DNA of 64,000 nucleotides from a bacterium (GTDB lineage Bacteria; Patescibacteriota; Microgenomatia; Curtissbacterales; GWA2-41-24): NCBI GenBank assembly GCA_021813945.1, contig JAKAJD010000002.1, positions 97,343 to 161,342 of the forward strand, read 5' to 3'. Shown piece by piece: positions 62,605 to 64,000 of this stretch (position 1 is its first letter; each line of letters starts with the position of its first letter). The notes under the pieces were generated by a model. It saw only the letters and a program-made list of their open reading frames with translations, ran no database searches and was not told where the DNA came from. The position numbers and the translations under genes were made by a program.

Positions 62605-64000
62605 ATGGCCCAAACAGGTACAACAAACAGACTTTATCCATTGGATCGTATCCGTAACATAGGCATCATTGCCCATATCGATGCGGGCAAAACTACTACT
62701 ACCGAGCGAATCCTCTTTTATACCGGCAAATCATATAAATTAGGCAATATTGACGAAGGCACAACAGTCACAGACTGGATGGATCAGGAAAAAGAAAGGG
62801 GAATCACTATCGTTTCCGCAGCCGTAACCACTTTCTGGACCCCAAAAACAGGGCCGATGAAAGATGTGGAAACAAGAATCAACATTATCGACACCCCCGG
62901 CCACGTAGATTTCACTGCCGAAGTTGAAAGGTCGCTGCGTGTCCTCGATGGCGGAGTCACAGTACTCGACGCCGAAGAAGGCGTCCAGTCACAGTCAGAA
63001 ACGGTCTGGCGTCAGGCCGACAAATACAACGTTCCCAGAATTTGTTTTATTAACAAAATGGACAAAATGGGGGCTGATTTTTTTGCAACCTTAAAATCAA
63101 TTCGCGAACGTCTTGGTGCACCGGCAGTTCCCTACAATCTTCCAATTGGTTCCGAAAATGATTTTCGCGGCGTTGTTGATCTCATCACCCGAAAAGCATT
63201 TGTCTGGGAAGTCGACCCTAAGGGTCTTGGTAAAGAATTTAAAGAAGAAGAAGTCCCAGCCGATCTCAAAGACGAAGTTGAAAAATGGCGCGCTGAACTG
63301 GTTGAAAAAATCGCCGAAACCGATGACGGGTTAACCGAAAAATTCCTCTCCGGCGAAGAAATACCGGAAGCCGACCTTAAAAAAGCGCTTCGTGCCGCAG
63401 TTATTAAATACAAAATCGTTCCGGTTCTTGCCGGTTCATCTCTAAGAAACAAAGGTGTCCAGCCGCTTTTGGACGCTGTTGTCGAATATCTTCCATCGCC
63501 TCAGGATATTGAAACCATAAAAGGTACGAATCCGAAAACCGGCGAAGAGGAAGTTAGAAAACTTGTTATAGACGAACCGTTTTCCGGCCTGGCATTCAAA
63601 ATCCAAATCGACCCGCATGTTGGAAAACTTACCTACGTCCGTGTTTACTCCGGCACCCTAAAATCCGGAACATCGGTACTTAACACAACCAAACACGACC
63701 GTGAAAGAATCGGCCGAATCCTTTTGATGCATGCCAACACACGCGAGGAAATTTCCGAAGCCTATGCCGGTGAAATCGTCGCAATAGTCGGCTTAAAAGG
63801 AACGGGAACAGGGGATACGCTTTGTGATGAAGGCCACCCGATAATCCTAGAATCAATTTCCTTTCCCGAACCGGTCATCTCATTGGCCATCGAACCGCAA
63901 ACCAAAGCCGACCAGGAAAAACTTGGCTACGCGCTCGGTCGTCTTTCCGAAGAAGACCCAACTTTCCGAATCAAAGGCGATCCGGATACAGGTCAAACCA
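62605..64000 (+). CDS. fusA: translation elongation factor G (5-prime part; gene runs beyond the window end)
   Basis: Absent from the ORF track because no stop in window. ATG 62605 gives [41 protein letters not shown] ... DTPGHVDF ... NKMDK. Confidence 0.95.
   Translation, partial: MAQTGTTNRLYPLDRIRNIGIIAHIDAGKTTTTERILFYTGKSYKLGNIDEGTTVTDWMDQEKERGITIVSAAVTTFWTPKTGPMKDVETRINIIDTPGHVDFTAEVERSLRVLDGGVTVLDAEEGVQSQSETVWRQADKYNVPRICFINKMDKMGADFFATLKSIRERLGAPAVPYNLPIGSENDFRGVVDLITRKAFVWEVDPKGLGKEFKEEEVPADLKDEVEKWRAELVEKIAETDDGLTEKFLSGEEIPEADLKKALRAAVIKYKIVPVLAGSSLRNKGVQPLLDAVVEYLPSPQDIETIKGTNPKTGEEEVRKLVIDEPFSGLAFKIQIDPHVGKLTYVRVYSGTLKSGTSVLNTTKHDRERIGRILLMHANTREEISEAYAGEIVAIVGLKGTGTGDTLCDEGHPIILESISFPEPVISLAIEPQTKADQEKLGYALGRLSEEDPTFRIKGDPDTGQT

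Overview
This 64 kb window is low-GC (roughly 40%), gene-dense chromosomal DNA from a bacterium with a reduced genome. Many housekeeping proteins are unusually compact, and the hrcA-grpE-dnaK operon, nusA-infB-rpsO-pnp, alaS-ruvX-mltG and rpoB-rpoC-rpsL-rpsG-fusA gene orders look Firmicutes-like. I suspect a CPR/Patescibacteria-type organism, but that cannot be proven from sequence alone. About 65 protein-coding genes are supported. Recognisable ones include PBP1A (partial), rmuC, a UvrD-like helicase fused to a Cas4-like Fe-S nuclease, FemAB, msrA, pcrA, trxA, tpiA, an LCP protein, rpsT, murJ, lepA, a NUDIX hydrolase, hrcA-grpE-dnaK and a DnaJ-like protein, two D-2-hydroxyacid dehydrogenases, ridA, two SGNH hydrolases, an O-carbamoyltransferase, nusA, infB, rpsO, pnp, a Lon-derived AAA+ protein without protease domain, ftsK, a RodZ-like protein, a DUF948/YtxH pair, alaS, a sortase, ruvX, mltG, rpoB, rpoC, rpsL, rpsG and fusA (partial). 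I found no rRNA, tRNA, CRISPR array, transposase or integrase. The most interesting non-coding signals are: (i) a recurring promoter layout in which a (TG-extended) -10 box sits only 6-9 nt upstream of the start codon, implying many leaderless mRNAs, including two nearly identical 18-nt promoter copies; (ii) a three-element attenuator-like leader (GGGAGGTTT / AAACCTCCC / GGGGAGGTTT plus U-run) with a 15-codon leaderless leader ORF upstream of a small ORF and alaS; (iii) a CIRCE-like operator in the hrcA promoter; (iv) a 19-nt direct repeat pair plus palindrome upstream of ftsK. The most interesting coding novelties are: a four-gene operon pairing a FemAB-family aminoacyltransferase with a cysteine-free 846-aa protein of no recognisable family; two unknown ORFs translationally coupled inside the dnaK-dnaJ operon; an O-carbamoyltransferase/SGNH-hydrolase island with small coupled membrane proteins; a DHH-family pseudoenzyme; and an unknown coiled-coil ORF inserted between rpsG and fusA.
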